Shown: positions 40,001-46,183, numbered from the whole stretch's first letter. The stretch is DNA of 63,459 bases, filler included, from an uncultured bacterium (GCA_964371695.1; 3 parts of 3 records of this genome joined end to end with filler, not necessarily neighbours in it); one strand, 5' to 3'. The notes: generated from the letters alone by a model not told the origin. Numbers and translations: made by a program.

Positions 40001-42465
40001 TTGCTGCTGACACCACGCCGCCCACCTTCGCGGGCCTCACCGGCGCGGCCACCAACACATCGGTGGGTCAGACAGTGACCCTCTCGTGGTCTGTGGCCAT
40101 CGACACCACGCCCCCCATCACCTATCACGTTTACATGGGCGCCTCGGCGGGCGGCGAAAACTTCGCCAGCCCGGTGCTCACCCTCACGTCCTCCGGCCCC
40201 GTGGTGAGCGTGGACGTGGGCGGCCTTGTCAACGACACCCCCTACTTCTTTGTGGTGCGCGCCACCGACGGCGCGGGCAACCAGGAGACCGGAACGGTGG
40301 AACTCTCCGCCACGCCGCGCAACCCCGACAGCAACGCCCCCGCCCTGAGCGTGAACGCGCCGCCCGATGGTTTCATCACCAACCTCAACCCCATCACCGT
40401 CACGGGCCAGACCGAGGTCGGGGCCACGGTCTCCGCCAACGGCACGCCGCTTTCGGTGGACGCGGCGGGGGCCTTCACCGGCCCGGTGAATCTGGTGGTG
40501 GGGCCGCAGGCGCTCACCGTCACGGCCACCGACGCCGCAGGCAATCCGGCCAGCATCTCGCGCACCATCACGCTGGATCAAACCTCTCCCACCGTGGTCA
40601 TGGAAGCCCCCGATGCCAACACCGACGCCAACCCCTATGGTGGTTTGCTGGAGGTGCGCGGCACGGTGGCGGACAACATCGGCATCGCCAGCACCGTGGT
40701 GGAATACGGCCCCGGCGCCAGCCCCTCGGCCTGGAAACAGGTGGGCAGCACGGTGAGTGGCGCGCAAACCAGCGCGCTGCTGGCCACGTGGAACACCAGC
40801 ATCCTCAAGGGGGCCTACACCCTGCGCGTCACCACCACCGACCTCGCCGGCAACGCGGCCCAGGTCAGCCGCTTGGTGGTGGTGGCCAACGCCAGCGGCA
40901 CACAGGTCATCATTCCCAAAGACAAATGGCAGATCGTGTCGCTGCCCGGCCTGCCGGTGCCCAACGATCCCAAACAGTTCCTCGGCCCAGGCGCGTATAA
41001 CGTGCGTTGGTGGGATCCCAATTCTTCCGTCACCACCGGCCCGCTTTATAAATACACCACCGAGTTCACAGTGGCCGGCGCGCAGGCATTCTGGGTCAAG
41101 GCCTATGGCGACGACCTCAGCCCCAGCATCAACCTGTCCACCATTGACACCACCACCGATTTTGTGAAATCCATGCCCATGGGCTGGAGCATGATCGGCA
41201 TGCCCTTCAGCCGCTCCATGCCCATCAGCGACCTGCGGTTTGTGGACCCGTCCACCAGCGAAGAACGCAACTTCCAGGCCGCCGTGACGGCAGACTGGGT
41301 GGACGGCAACCTGTGGGCTTTTGACGGCACGGGTTTTGTGGCCAAAGACACCGCTGTGGATCAGATCGAAGCCTTTGGTGGTTGCTTCATCAACCTCAAG
41401 CGCCCGCTGAATGTCGTCTTCAAACCCGGCAGTGGCGACGCCTCTGGTGTGGCGCGTATCGTGCGTCAGCCTATTCCCAGCTTCCAGGTGCGTGTGTCCG
41501 GCGAGTTGCCCGGCGCAGGCGTGGCCGACCGCGAAAACCGCCTGGGCCTGCGTTACACCGCATCGGACACCTATGACGCCACCGACCGCATGGAGCCGCC
41601 GGTGATGGAAGACCAACCCTTCCTGCACATCTACACCGATGGCCAGGACAACCAGGGCCAAGCTGCCCGGTTCGCCGAAAGTTATCAGACAGCGGTGACG
41701 AGCGGCGCCATGGAAAAACAATGGACCGTCACCAGCCGCACCAACGTGTCCGGGCCGGTGAGTCTGGTGATGTCGGTGCTCAACAATGAAAACAACGCCT
41801 ATGTGGCTACGCTGACCGATCCCGAAACCGGCCAGCAGACTACCCTGGCGCCGGGTGACGTGAAGTTCGCCTATATCGCGCCAGGGGGCGTGAGCGAAAA
41901 ACGGTTTATCGTGAAGGTGACGCGCACCGGTGAAAGCCTGAGCAAGGTGGCGCACACCTTCCCGGCTGGCTGGTCGCTGGTGAGCTTCCCCATCGAAGCC
42001 GAACCCAGCAAGGCCTCGGCTCAGTTGGCCGACGACGTGGCCAGCCCTGAGATTTACCAGTATTACGAAAGCGCCTTTACCCAGGTGGGCAAGGGTGAAG
42101 ACGTGGACCTGCAGGCGGGCCTGGGCTTCTGGCTGAGGCTGGACGCCCCGGTGGCGGTGGACGTGGAAGGGGTGCTGGTGACAGAGACCACGCCCATCGA
42201 AGTGCCGCTGAAAAAAGGCTGGAACCTCTTGGGCAATCCCTATCAGCAGCCGCTGCCCTTTGGCCAGAACATCATGGTGAAACTGGCGGATCGCGCAGCG
42301 CCCATCACGCTGCAAGAGGCCTACGCCACCGGCGTGATCACGCCGCCGCTCTTTGGTCAGGCGCAGGCCAACCCCGGTGATTACGAAGCCACCGATCTTT
42401 TGCAGCCCTGGAAGGGCTACTTCATCCAGAGCAAGATGGATGCCACACTTATTCTCAAACCTTGA
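22042..42465 (+). CDS. Giant repetitive surface/secreted protein (>6,800 aa, 5' truncated): beta-strand-rich repeats, DxDxDG loops, Ig-like/FN3 domains
   Basis: Frame is open from the contig edge to TGA 42465. G/T/N/S/A/V-rich with ~4.45-kb repeats. FN3-like DTTPPTF...LSW...YFFVVRATDGAGN. Terminal GWSxxxxP/GWNLLGNPY domains. Small N gap at 31482-31491. Confidence 0.9.
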   Translation, partial: CHRRLLSASRSSSAVAASSIGGAMNVSGSLELNSNSFTVAGNFDATGGGVNLAAGSLLTLQGASNPSFGTLNMHPAATVKYNCSAACTVAPGTFSSITVAGTGQTHTLLGNVTVTSASTALQLENNGTVLDLNGFALSASAGSITLGQNGAVTPALRTSGGTLQVAGDVNLYDVSTLETNGGIVQIAGSLQSAAGTFGTISISTGTVTVYGAMNASLGSTRFTGAGMLSLAGPLTSLGTVDIGAGYGTLSLGYIGGDTTLPNTQFNDIYIATPGRTVFAGGAGTGMRSMALAAGTLDQTGNITVSGSWNASGGVYQPSLAYNLTFLGINSQNISMSVASWFPNLIFNKTAGLATLMTDATVSGSTTITNTGNFLDIAGGNTLLAKGDFIASGGTFSPAGGNVVISPSVSSVGVDLGAANSFNNLTVDNGVGKTVNLSSDVEVVQAFQKTGAGSMRTQTYLLAVSGSATLAAGTLRVNDVTSTGGVLAVSGVFTQTGGNLHLDFGGDLWLGTGYDQQSGLLANETAGGIPAQIGSVNPGVVFPTVALNGQLSNSVALSFSSIAASGVHISPSANVIVFDNVGYSAFQGGATCLDLDRSGPSTVAFAGHDFAAACTVNVDANGVTAAVDVNMVNATGAQAGEGFDVETGTAIVAWGTQFNVSGTCVGAATLKLARNGAVVGTQGCGGGVFAFNNTFGVAGDVYTIFDDNNLDGTDDRAVMFKASGSNVAALAMTGATETLKIYTVGGPLTSEEIAVNRPADTDMPFTLAGNTVVVDSLAELEVATGGTFIVSASHPVSVSATLRSFGATVVNGALEVDGDIDATGGGITLANNAQLLVGGAMTSFGAFNFSDSATVVLDSTGAGQTLPAATGIYPNLTIDKGSQIALLGAATVISSSLTVQSGVLDTSGLNLFVSGSTTIANAATSRLRTAGGTVTFVGSVTNNKQIWADFAGDVRLLGNYASAGGSELAILAAGATVSVSGSYNNAGTTRFAGMGALWLDGPLTSLGAYDIGAGTGILSLSYVGGGTSLPATTYHRVFVNTPGQTVSLGAGAGLKDLSLSGGTLALAGALAVSGSWDDVGGVFQDNANTVTFSGSGARTITQGAANFFNNVAVTMTGGSLTLGSNGTITGSFTISTPGNVFSLGGQTLAVGGNLDASGGVFQPAAGTVLLSPSAGNINVDLGATGRVPDLTVDNVIGRMVLLTNNLHVAGNFTKDGAGNMGVNQNVMSVSGSVALNAGGFAVRDGAGPGTFAVSGALTHNGGVLDLGKGALLKLGASYEQGVSGQLDNTIVGATPARISSLDPGSVWPTVGMNGIVNNAQPLSFTYVATSGVRISPSAILSNYNTVAYENFQAGATCLDINRSGVETQNFANHYFGTACTVNVDGDGGAGTVTINMTGSTGPRKGEAYDAEANGAAVVWGVPINFAAAHFFDLNANGKVDRMVVQFTQPLSDSTVSLAGSQAAFSVQAVVGATAITDIDAVTAGGSCSRPALDSGAANDAYMTLCLNEASFPNTQSQSVAFTQGGGVFRDADDNEVPTSGSVNAIDAAEPILLYVQSFVDTNVLLVSFSEPVYTSAGGVGGLVGGDFTVTDVDNGRTVSGATHTAGNPSGAVNLSAALDAANDLTVDSLTPVASQIYDLAGNTVSASAVTLTERVLTWTGAANTNMNNAANWDFNRTPTNSDRLVITNAGSVPATVNALINARGVTVDPGATLDGGGSILQISGDFIVNGTFTPSTGNITVAGAGVYNLSASSFNNLDTSLGTGVLTVDAAINGSSNTGTLSLGPGIDLTVSGNVTNTGTLQLNGNATLDVNGSLNSTTNLTCAANCTIYLGGTVLDLGTFTRGTGTVVYDSTTAAQTVDNVAYHHLTFANNGQTATLGGAITVSGDVSVTGATANLNGSGLTMSVEGSLLVLANNTAAFTNAPVTFVGSAVQNLSADATLGAVAVNKTGGKLVLNQATGAPILGGLSLNLGEVDLNGKTLRMGNASILDVTGGTLTADLTNSKITSDNPGVNRFAFNLNSGALSVSNLIIESTDNNGLTYGGGSFTAFKGVVWSQPGNTYLRVNAAIGTQNFSGHYFNTVALNNVTTTGISSGTVNFIDASGAGAGSGFTSIAGAAVNWFNAFSISGTCPNNGATLTWARDGAIQASATCTAGVYSISATAAPGQILTEFEDDGTPLVDDRAILVKATGSNLSGMVIPVGVAPRLRVSSVGGVLTTADLITGLPADTDMPYSNNGGHVELDIGTNFTIPAASTFEVTPSVNLTWNSGGDLTLTGTLVVSTSAVAAISGDVSITGTLANNGLVDVDGFIDATGGILSLGNNAQLYVGGAITSLGTFSFSNSALLAADGAGLQSLPAVGTVPNLLVNKPGQLLALSAPVTVSGNLNVAAGVFSTAANGLTVSGATDIGAGVGTGLDVAANTALAGAVTNQRDLSVSGPAVVNMLGNYTGNGSSALNINNAGAQVTVNGTYNVTGNFTRFNADGLLVLAGPLTNLGSLQTNGMGTIEVAYTGGGTTLPNVSFNNLHLNAPAQTVALGGAATNVASLTISVGTILNATGAITVSGSWDDSGGTFTPVAGTVTFVGTGVQTIDQAAANFFYDLSSSKTGGSLTLNVNTKVNNDFAVTDGGAFFNLGTRTLTVHGDVDTSIGVFQPASGTVLLSPSAANVTVNMGLGANRFNHLTVDNTGFVVQQSNNVHVMGNFTKQGTGTYSTANNLLSVSGSATLAAGATNLNNGAGANAMAVSGALSQTGGDLDLAYGGKVWLGSSYAQTAGSFLNTAAAGGAVIGSTNPGVVWPTVVFDGPVNNTQPLSFTNIAASGVRISPSATLTSFNNVEFQNFDTSATCLRIDRSGPETLNFNSHNFGAACTTNVNGSGSGAAVTLNMLGSTGPRKGEPFDAESGTVTVVWGTPIQLAEVHFFDQDDNGSLDRAVLSFSAPLSDSSVSLGIAEAAFVIGGVAGATAILDIDSTTGGGCATNIPAIDPQAVNDKYMTLCLDEAQFGDTLSRSVAFTQAGGTFQDADLNEAPTNAAVTSIDAAKPHMIYVQGYVNSADLIVAFTEPVYSAPGGATPLVGTDFAITDVDNGRTVFSATHSAGDLTATVTLSSPVDTAADIGTDALAPTAANIYDAAGNAALVGNILSISERILTWTXXXXADDKLVISSVGIQPATVNVALSARDVEILAGATLNGGANVLTVSGDFVVQGGGAFTPSTGTVAFNNLVEVSTNATSFNNLSTNSAAADLVLSTSVTVGGNLTNAGSVSQSGALTLAVTGNVSGAGDILRNGTGALTVGGDMNTTGNLTCAAGVNCRIVLGGTVTSLGTFTAALGEVEYASNTVGQNIPAATFNRLILNNPGQVATLAGNIVVSESLRVMSATGQLNGGASSIDLKGDLITDGDYATPFASVALGMTGAGNTQLISASGIITTFTVNKATGTARINTVSPGVFKASTATLTSGVLDLNGKSLTMGTGGTLALNGGTLLSTLTGSKITSTTPGVATYAFNVNGATLSVSNLIIESTNASGFNFQAGVITAFDNVVWQTGNTIYAIFDSALGTQNFYNHYFNAGVATNVRTLGTSTGTLNFIDSTGPGAGPATDDPQGAAINWQNTFNLAGFCANNGVNIRWTRNGALQAGPYVCAGNAYAFTALPAATADVVTVFEDDGGDGANDNLLIFKVPGGNISTADLPNHPNGQANVYNFGGGAVNIADLATSLIGDTDYPYTMAANVVMDAGADIQVMSGADFRITAAPVMGLGTGALLVSGSATVSAGATLTLGGDLMVSGLFRNVGSFTVVGQMDATGGALELVSGATLNLDGPIVSLGAFTFSPSSTVALNDTVSPQTLPSGDYPDLVINKTAQTATLGGNLSVSGNLTITNGVLSNGGFNLIVSGSTTVSPAATSQLVHSGGNTTLTGNVNNSKDITLSGVGLLRMLGNYAGGGTAILAINNAAATAVVSGSYNALGGLLTFGAAGVLELNGPLTDIGTAAWGTGLLRLTYTGGPATLPDIAYNSLHINTPGQTVNLGGPSTTLNTLSLSAGTLSQAGTITVSGNWDDTGGAFAGTGLVNIGGGNAQSINQGAANSFAQVDFNKSASTVTLLSTVRATGNVGVLHAADRINLNSQILEVGGNFDTSAGVFTPASGTVTLKPTGAVTLNMGAGFTNYFNHLITDLTAGNVTLASVVKAAGNYTQTGGGGIVEIGLNTLAVSGSATLNNGTLRVNNSANGGLLAVTGALAQNSGNLDLQYGGELRMGTGYTKTAGTFLNTAPTANVAKVGSLQPGVVFPTVQFGGVLNNTQVLSFSSIANTGVVISTSASVTAVNQLKFSSFQAGATCLEVNRSAGVSISFDQHDFDANCTTNVSAIGGAPTFTLTMTNSTGARKGEPFDNDGANAQVVWGTPIVLSAVTYYDISGNGRHDKAKLQFSTNLVDATVTLTDAQAALAINGVPGATGITDVDTTLGGGCAVAPGDPASANDNLITLCLNEPSFQTTRDLSVSFTTQAGKFRDADLNDTPTSGSAPTADAAAPVLLGAFGTVGSDVVFLQFSEPVWTNAGQSGALGVADLSVTDIDDGRTPFSVGFGAGLTEGTVTLTSALDGANDLNTDSVAPVGGGIFDAAGNTAATTPQTVQEGLVTWTGAFDGDWNNAANWSPSRVPQVFDNVTITAAGAQPVLLSISTRVVGITLSAGTLDVGATAVLSMSGNLTGSAAVLSTNAAATIAFDGQINQTVDKLSLGNVVVDKPGGTLLVSNNGAAQVNAVTFTVNNGAVDFQTRPMQLTGNLALNNASQLLNVALDATTAAGKSYVFNGTSVISMSSFVQSGAAATSITDNRTGGLVQVGGAFNVSAGTVTGPASVLNIEGNATLAGDFSATTVRLAGGVATFTPPAGGLNELQLASAGAVTLAGALHVSGSVVLSAGTTLNAASNLIAFDENLDAAGQGVFAALGLVHKAGTVAGSLSSSAAPTLASLVVEGTGGLTLLTNTTVSGQTYVTGQGLGFATTVLNAQGDFLHLGAASAGGAGAVLNLTGGTGSVLSLSQPLTANLNINKTAAIVTTGGPATVTGNLHLLSGTLASSSNLFVQGNVDQNTGTTFNFSGAAALNLTGTSAATVGAASTAAAISLSRLVINKSGGGSAQLSLPLALSADFTLSAGTFNQNGQSFITQTFTSSPGATYVHGGGPVVVDGANGALTHQATGSFNNLTISSSGTFSLAAGSNLTVDNTFTHRSPAMSANNLTLTTVNAHLRSNLDLLGTGVLAFNDLQAYSGQLNLSGSVALRGRTGANRTITVHPAATLRSSQGTLEHQNAGVEYVNVVAGGTVNITNLTVNNLNTTGVVITPSAVITNLNGLNFASGAAGSTCLTIQRTGGPNTLSPSSLTFGAHCTVNISADGGGGTTTINVLSTAGARAGENYDAEANGATVGWGAAPLVLASRQFDMDNDGSVDEIAVQFDKPLVDASVANGDAARFTWGGAALVAVDNVTNAGGTARLNTFDPGVANDAFITLFTTDAAGLGTGLKTLAYTTAADRLEDGLGNDAATNAGLPLADFARPVLLGRLTRDLNSNGSLDAVRLSYSENLSDATVSAANFAVSGASGLSFTGTTGGDVANNNILFISFTDGAQSSGAVPTVAYTAGTLADAAANTALSASAVAAADGAGPVLLSAAAADDGTVLTGIDNDDTVTLVFSEATTQPAITAANLPGAVLLSGAHTWLSGAGSITAAAWLSATTLKITLNITSGVPTIAPADTLTMAGVTIGDATGNAALGAVVLTGSFSADTASPAITSVQTLDTTANGFIDHIRVTFNKSIKDTTVGAAQFNLAGAGALTFSPSFGGDVANNNIATFSFVDGVLGTGQTPSLTYTAGTLTDLPGNPMATATAPSTDGAAPVLLSAVASDEAVVFNGYDNDDSVTLTFSEATNQTAVNVGNINTVLALSGGKTWLSGGGAISSAVWTSPSVLKVTLSTAGGSPTISPSVTITVGGAAIKGATDNLNAAGPAVAVAGTFAADTTPPTFAGLTGAATNTSVGQTVTLSWSVAIDTTPPITYHVYMGASAGGENFASPVLTLTSSGPVVSVDVGGLVNDTPYFFVVRATDGAGNQETGTVELSATPRNPDSNAPALSVNAPPDGFITNLNPITVTGQTEVGATVSANGTPLSVDAAGAFTGPVNLVVGPQALTVTATDAAGNPASISRTITLDQTSPTVVMEAPDANTDANPYGGLLEVRGTVADNIGIASTVVEYGPGASPSAWKQVGSTVSGAQTSALLATWNTSILKGAYTLRVTTTDLAGNAAQVSRLVVVANASGTQVIIPKDKWQIVSLPGLPVPNDPKQFLGPGAYNVRWWDPNSSVTTGPLYKYTTEFTVAGAQAFWVKAYGDDLSPSINLSTIDTTTDFVKSMPMGWSMIGMPFSRSMPISDLRFVDPSTSEERNFQAAVTADWVDGNLWAFDGTGFVAKDTAVDQIEAFGGCFINLKRPLNVVFKPGSGDASGVARIVRQPIPSFQVRVSGELPGAGVADRENRLGLRYTASDTYDATDRMEPPVMEDQPFLHIYTDGQDNQGQAARFAESYQTAVTSGAMEKQWTVTSRTNVSGPVSLVMSVLNNENNAYVATLTDPETGQQTTLAPGDVKFAYIAPGGVSEKRFIVKVTRTGESLSKVAHTFPAGWSLVSFPIEAEPSKASAQLADDVASPEIYQYYESAFTQVGKGEDVDLQAGLGFWLRLDAPVAVDVEGVLVTETTPIEVPLKKGWNLLGNPYQQPLPFGQNIMVKLADRAAPITLQEAYATGVITPPLFGQAQANPGDYEATDLLQPWKGYFIQSKMDATLILKP

Positions 42466-42557
42466 TGGGCCGCCAAAGATTGAGCGGGCTGCCGCCGGGC
42501 GGTGGGATAACCGGTTGGTCATAAAGCCTGAGCAGGTTTTTGGTGTAAATTCCCGCC

Positions 42558-43271
42558 ATGTCTTTTCCGCTGCTTGAAGAAGCCCGTCTGTTTCTGGAGA
42601 AGTTCGAGCGCATAGAACAGGTGGAAAACAACGAGCCGATGGTGGCGGTGCCCAAAGCGCGGGAGCTGTTCCGGTTTCAGCAAAGCCCATGGTCGTACAC
42701 GCTTCTATTGGGGCATCACTATCTGCGCGAGACCGTGCTGCAAAAACTGTTGGCGGGCGCGCGGGAGGTCAAAACCACCCTGGGGCGGCATTATCGCGTG
42801 GTGGTGCTGGACACTTACCGCCCACCGCCGGTGCAGCGCATGAACTTCACCCTGGTGTCGGCCTGGCACCGGCGGGCGATCCCCGAACTCACCACTGAGC
42901 GGGACAGCAGGGCCTACACCAACATGTTCACCGCCATTCCCGAATTTGGCGGCCACCCCTGCGGCGCGGCCATTGACCTCACATTGATGGACCTGCGCAC
43001 CGGTCAGGTGCTGGAATTCGGCATGCATCAGGTGAAGACGATTTTTCACGTGTCCCGCGAACTGGGGCCGGTGGAAATGAAACCCGAACTGAAGGAAACC
43101 TACGAGACTCTTTGCGACATCATGAAGGCACAGGGTTTTTACATGACCCCCTGCGAGTGGTGGCACTTCGGTTTTGGAGACATCGAATGGGCGGTGCTCA
43201 CCGGCCAGTCCCGCACGCTTTACACCGCCGTGCCCTGGCGTCCGCAACTCGCCTTTGGGCAGACGGAGTAA
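42558..43271 (+). CDS. M15 family D-Ala-D-Ala dipeptidase (VanX/DdpX-like)
   Basis: YLRE.V, LDTYRP, GHPCGAAIDLTL and EWWHF zinc-peptidase motifs. Confidence 0.85.
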   Translation: MSFPLLEEARLFLEKFERIEQVENNEPMVAVPKARELFRFQQSPWSYTLLLGHHYLRETVLQKLLAGAREVKTTLGRHYRVVVLDTYRPPPVQRMNFTLVSAWHRRAIPELTTERDSRAYTNMFTAIPEFGGHPCGAAIDLTLMDLRTGQVLEFGMHQVKTIFHVSRELGPVEMKPELKETYETLCDIMKAQGFYMTPCEWWHFGFGDIEWAVLTGQSRTLYTAVPWRPQLAFGQTE

Positions 43272-43291
43272 GCCCTTTCTGAAATTGGTGT

Positions 43292-43391
43292 NNNNNNNNN
43301 NNNNNNNNNNNNNNNNNNNNNNNNNNNNNNNNNNNTTAATTAATTAANNNNNNNNNNNNNNNNNNNNNNNNNNNNNNNNNNNNNNNNNNNN
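43292..43391. other. Artificial contig spacer (N run containing TTAATTAATTAA)
   Basis: 100-nt block with linker at 43336-43347. Confidence 0.95.
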
Positions 43392-44185
43392 GTGGTGAAG
43401 GGCAGGTGGATGTTTTCGGAATACAGCGCCGCGAACTGCTGAAACCATTTGTCGTGCAGCATGAAGGCGTCGTCTTCAAAGGTGACATGTCGCAGCCGGT
43501 AACGGGCCTTGAGGAACTTGAGCTCTTCGATGACGTTCTCAGGGCTGCGCCAGCGCACACTTCGGCCCAGGCCCTTGTAGAGATCCATGTAACCGTCGTT
43601 GTAACAGAAGGTGCATTTCAGCGGGCAGCCCCGGCTGGCGATGATGGGGAACATGTGCCGGTAATAACCCAGCACCACCGGGTAGTGGTGGTAGATGGCG
43701 AACTCGGCGAAGGGCAGGTTGTCCAGCGCTTCGGTGCCCAGCAGGGGGCGTTGATCGGGGGGTGGAATGAGTACTCCGTCCTGTTTCTGATACAGGTTTT
43801 GGACAGCCTGGCGGGGCGCGCCGGATTCCAGATTCTGCACCAGTTCCAGCAGGGATTCCTCCCCCTCTCCCCGGCACAGATAGTCCAGTTCGCCCTCCAG
43901 CAAAAAAGGCGGGTGAAAGGTAGGGTGGGGTCCCCCGGCAATTTGTGGTGTTTGAGGAAAATGCCGCCGGACCTGGGCAGCGGTGACCAGTGTCCAGTGT
44001 TTCTGTGTGCTGGTGACGTAGTAGCCAATCAGGTCCGGGCCAAAAGCCCGCAGTTCCGCCATCAGGTCTGGGTGCGCCTGGGCGATGAACGCCTTGCAGG
44101 TGTGGCCATGGGCGCGAAGGTAGTTGGCCACCGCCAGCACCCCCACGCGCACAAAAGGATCTTCCTGTAAAAATGCGATGTTCAA
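43392..44185 (-). CDS. Cobalamin-binding radical SAM protein (3' truncated at the gap)
   Basis: GGPHPTF, RGEGE, ASRGCPLKCTFC, RSPENVIEE and FEDDAF motifs. Confidence 0.85.
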
Positions 44186-44239
44186 GGCAGTGCTAAAACG
44201 CTATCACAGGCTTGGGCAAACCGGCGGGATTTTGGTAAA

Positions 44240-44300
44240 GAGCCTGTTCTGGATCAAAGAACTTGGTTAAAAAGTCCACGACGGACTTTTTAACAGGGGC
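44240..44300. repeat. Short MITE-like remnant R3
   Basis: GAGCCTGTT end plus hairpin GTTAAAAAGTCC-ACGAC-GGACTTTTTAAC (44266-44294), whose 21-nt core is the exact reverse complement of R1 887-907. Confidence 0.65.
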
Positions 44301-44311
44301 AAAGAATAGAG

Positions 44312-46183
44312 CTACGGCGAGTAATAAAGGATGTGGCAGTCCGTGGGCCGATGGGTTTCCACAAACTTCACCACGTCGCCGCGCACCAGCCGCTCGATGC
44401 GCCCACGGGTGGGCAGGCCCATCACCAGGGTTTTGCAGTCCAGGGCGTGAATCAGTTCCACAATGGCAATGCCCGCATTGCTGGCCACCACATGCACCGG
44501 GTGGGGTGAAATGCCATATTCCCTGGCCACCACGCAGGCGTGTTCAATGACTTCTTCGCCCCGTGGGTCGTCGGCGGGGGTCCATTCGTCTTTGCGCCAT
44601 TCCAGCGGTGTTTCGCAAACATAAAGGATGTAAAGCTCAGCGCCCCTCAGCGAGGCCAGTTACGAGGCCATCTTGATGACTTCGTGAGCGCCGCCCCGTG
44701 TGGCCACGATGATGCTGTCGCCAAAAACGTCCAGCTTGTGCTCGTGCAGGTGGCCATAAACCACACGGCTGGCGACGGGGGCCAGCGATCGCGTGATGGC
44801 CACCTCCACCGTTTTGCCATAGCGCCGGTTGGCCCAGGACACCCCCAGGCCAATCACCACCACCAGCGAGCCGAGAACTGCGGCCTCTGGTTTGTAAACC
44901 AGGTTAAAGACAAACACCAGCGCCATGATGAGACTGGCCAGCGCCACCAGAGCGGTGGGCCATTTTTTGGCGTCTTTTTCGTCGAACAACCTGATTTTGA
45001 GAATGGAGACCAGTGTGAGCAACACGCTGCCCACCACGCCAAAGGCATAGAGGTGACCCAGCATTTCCATGTTGCCCTGCACCATCACCAGAATCATCGC
45101 GCTGGTGAGCGCCACAATGCTGATGGCCAGCACCGGTGTGCCCCGTTTGCCGGTTTTGAGCAAACCGCCGGGCAGGTTGCCGGTCTGGGCCAGTTTGAGC
45201 AGAACAGCGTTGTAACCAATCATGCCCGTGTTGGCGGCAAAGGCCAGAATCAGGCCGCCAGCCGCCACAAACACACCCATCACCCATGGCCCACCGGCCA
45301 GCCGGGCCAGTTCCGCCAGCAGATAGTCGCCCTTGGTCTGGAGAATTTTGGGGCTGAGCAGCAGGCTGGCCATCAGGCCCAGCAGGGGGGTGAGGATGAA
45401 GGACAGCCACACGAGAAAAAGGCCCCATTTGGCGTGGCGGGTTTTGGGCTCCCGCACATGGTGGGCAATCTGTGCGCCGCTTTCCAGACCCGTGAGGGCC
45501 AAAAAGGCGCTGGCGAACTTGGCGGTGAATCCCACAAAAAACGCCATGCCGCCAATGCTGCCGATGTTGAACACCTCGCGGACATGTCCCCTGGCCGTCT
45601 CCACGTGGCCCGCATTGAGCTTGAATCCGGCCAGCAGCACCACCAACACATAAATGGCCAGGGTGCCCACGGTGGCCTTCAACGCCACCCCCGCACCTTC
45701 TTTCACCCCCAGTATGTTCAGATACCAGAGTGCGCCAATCAGCATCAGGGTGATGAGCACCACCATGGAGGTGGGAAAACCGGGGAAAAACGCCGTGACG
45801 TAATACACTGCGCTGGCGGCGGAAATGGCCACGGTGAGTGAGTAGTCGGTCACCATCATCCACGAGCCAATCTGCCCCAGCAGCGGGTGAAAAGCAGTCT
45901 CGCCCAGGCTGGCCACACCCCCGCCATGGGGGGCATAACGCGTCATCACCAGAAAATAAAATGGTAACAACAGGCCCAGCAGCGCGCTCAGGGCAGCCAG
46001 ATAAACCCACTGGGTGGGGCCGATGCTGCGGCCCAGCAAACCCACCACATACATGGGGGTGCTCATCAGGTCCGCCGCCACCACGGCGAAGATGAGCAGC
46101 GCAGGCAGGGTTTCGTGGGCCTTGATGCCCAGCCCCGCCTTGCGCATGTCAATGGCGTCGTAGATGGATTCTCTGAGACTCAT
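44312..46183 (-). pseudogene. APC-family (YdaO/KimA-like) transporter with C-terminal USP domain, interrupted by in-frame TAA at 44660-44662
   Basis: TDYSLTVAISA, LTGLES and LYAFGV motifs. The frame continues after the stop: ...IKMAS*LASLRGAELYILYVCE...TLVMGLPTRG...HRPTDCHILYYSP. Confidence 0.75.

Noticed and set aside
22042-42465. Diversity-generating retroelement or intein in the giant gene
   Set aside because: No reverse transcriptase, no near-identical TR/VR pair differing at adenines, and no intein motifs recognised.
22240-42690. Very long antisense ORFs (1535, 1329, 1416 and 1687 aa) opposite the giant gene
   Set aside because: Shadow frames produced by GC-rich codon bias of the real gene. 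They have no recognisable motifs and an unnatural His/Arg/Val/Gly composition.
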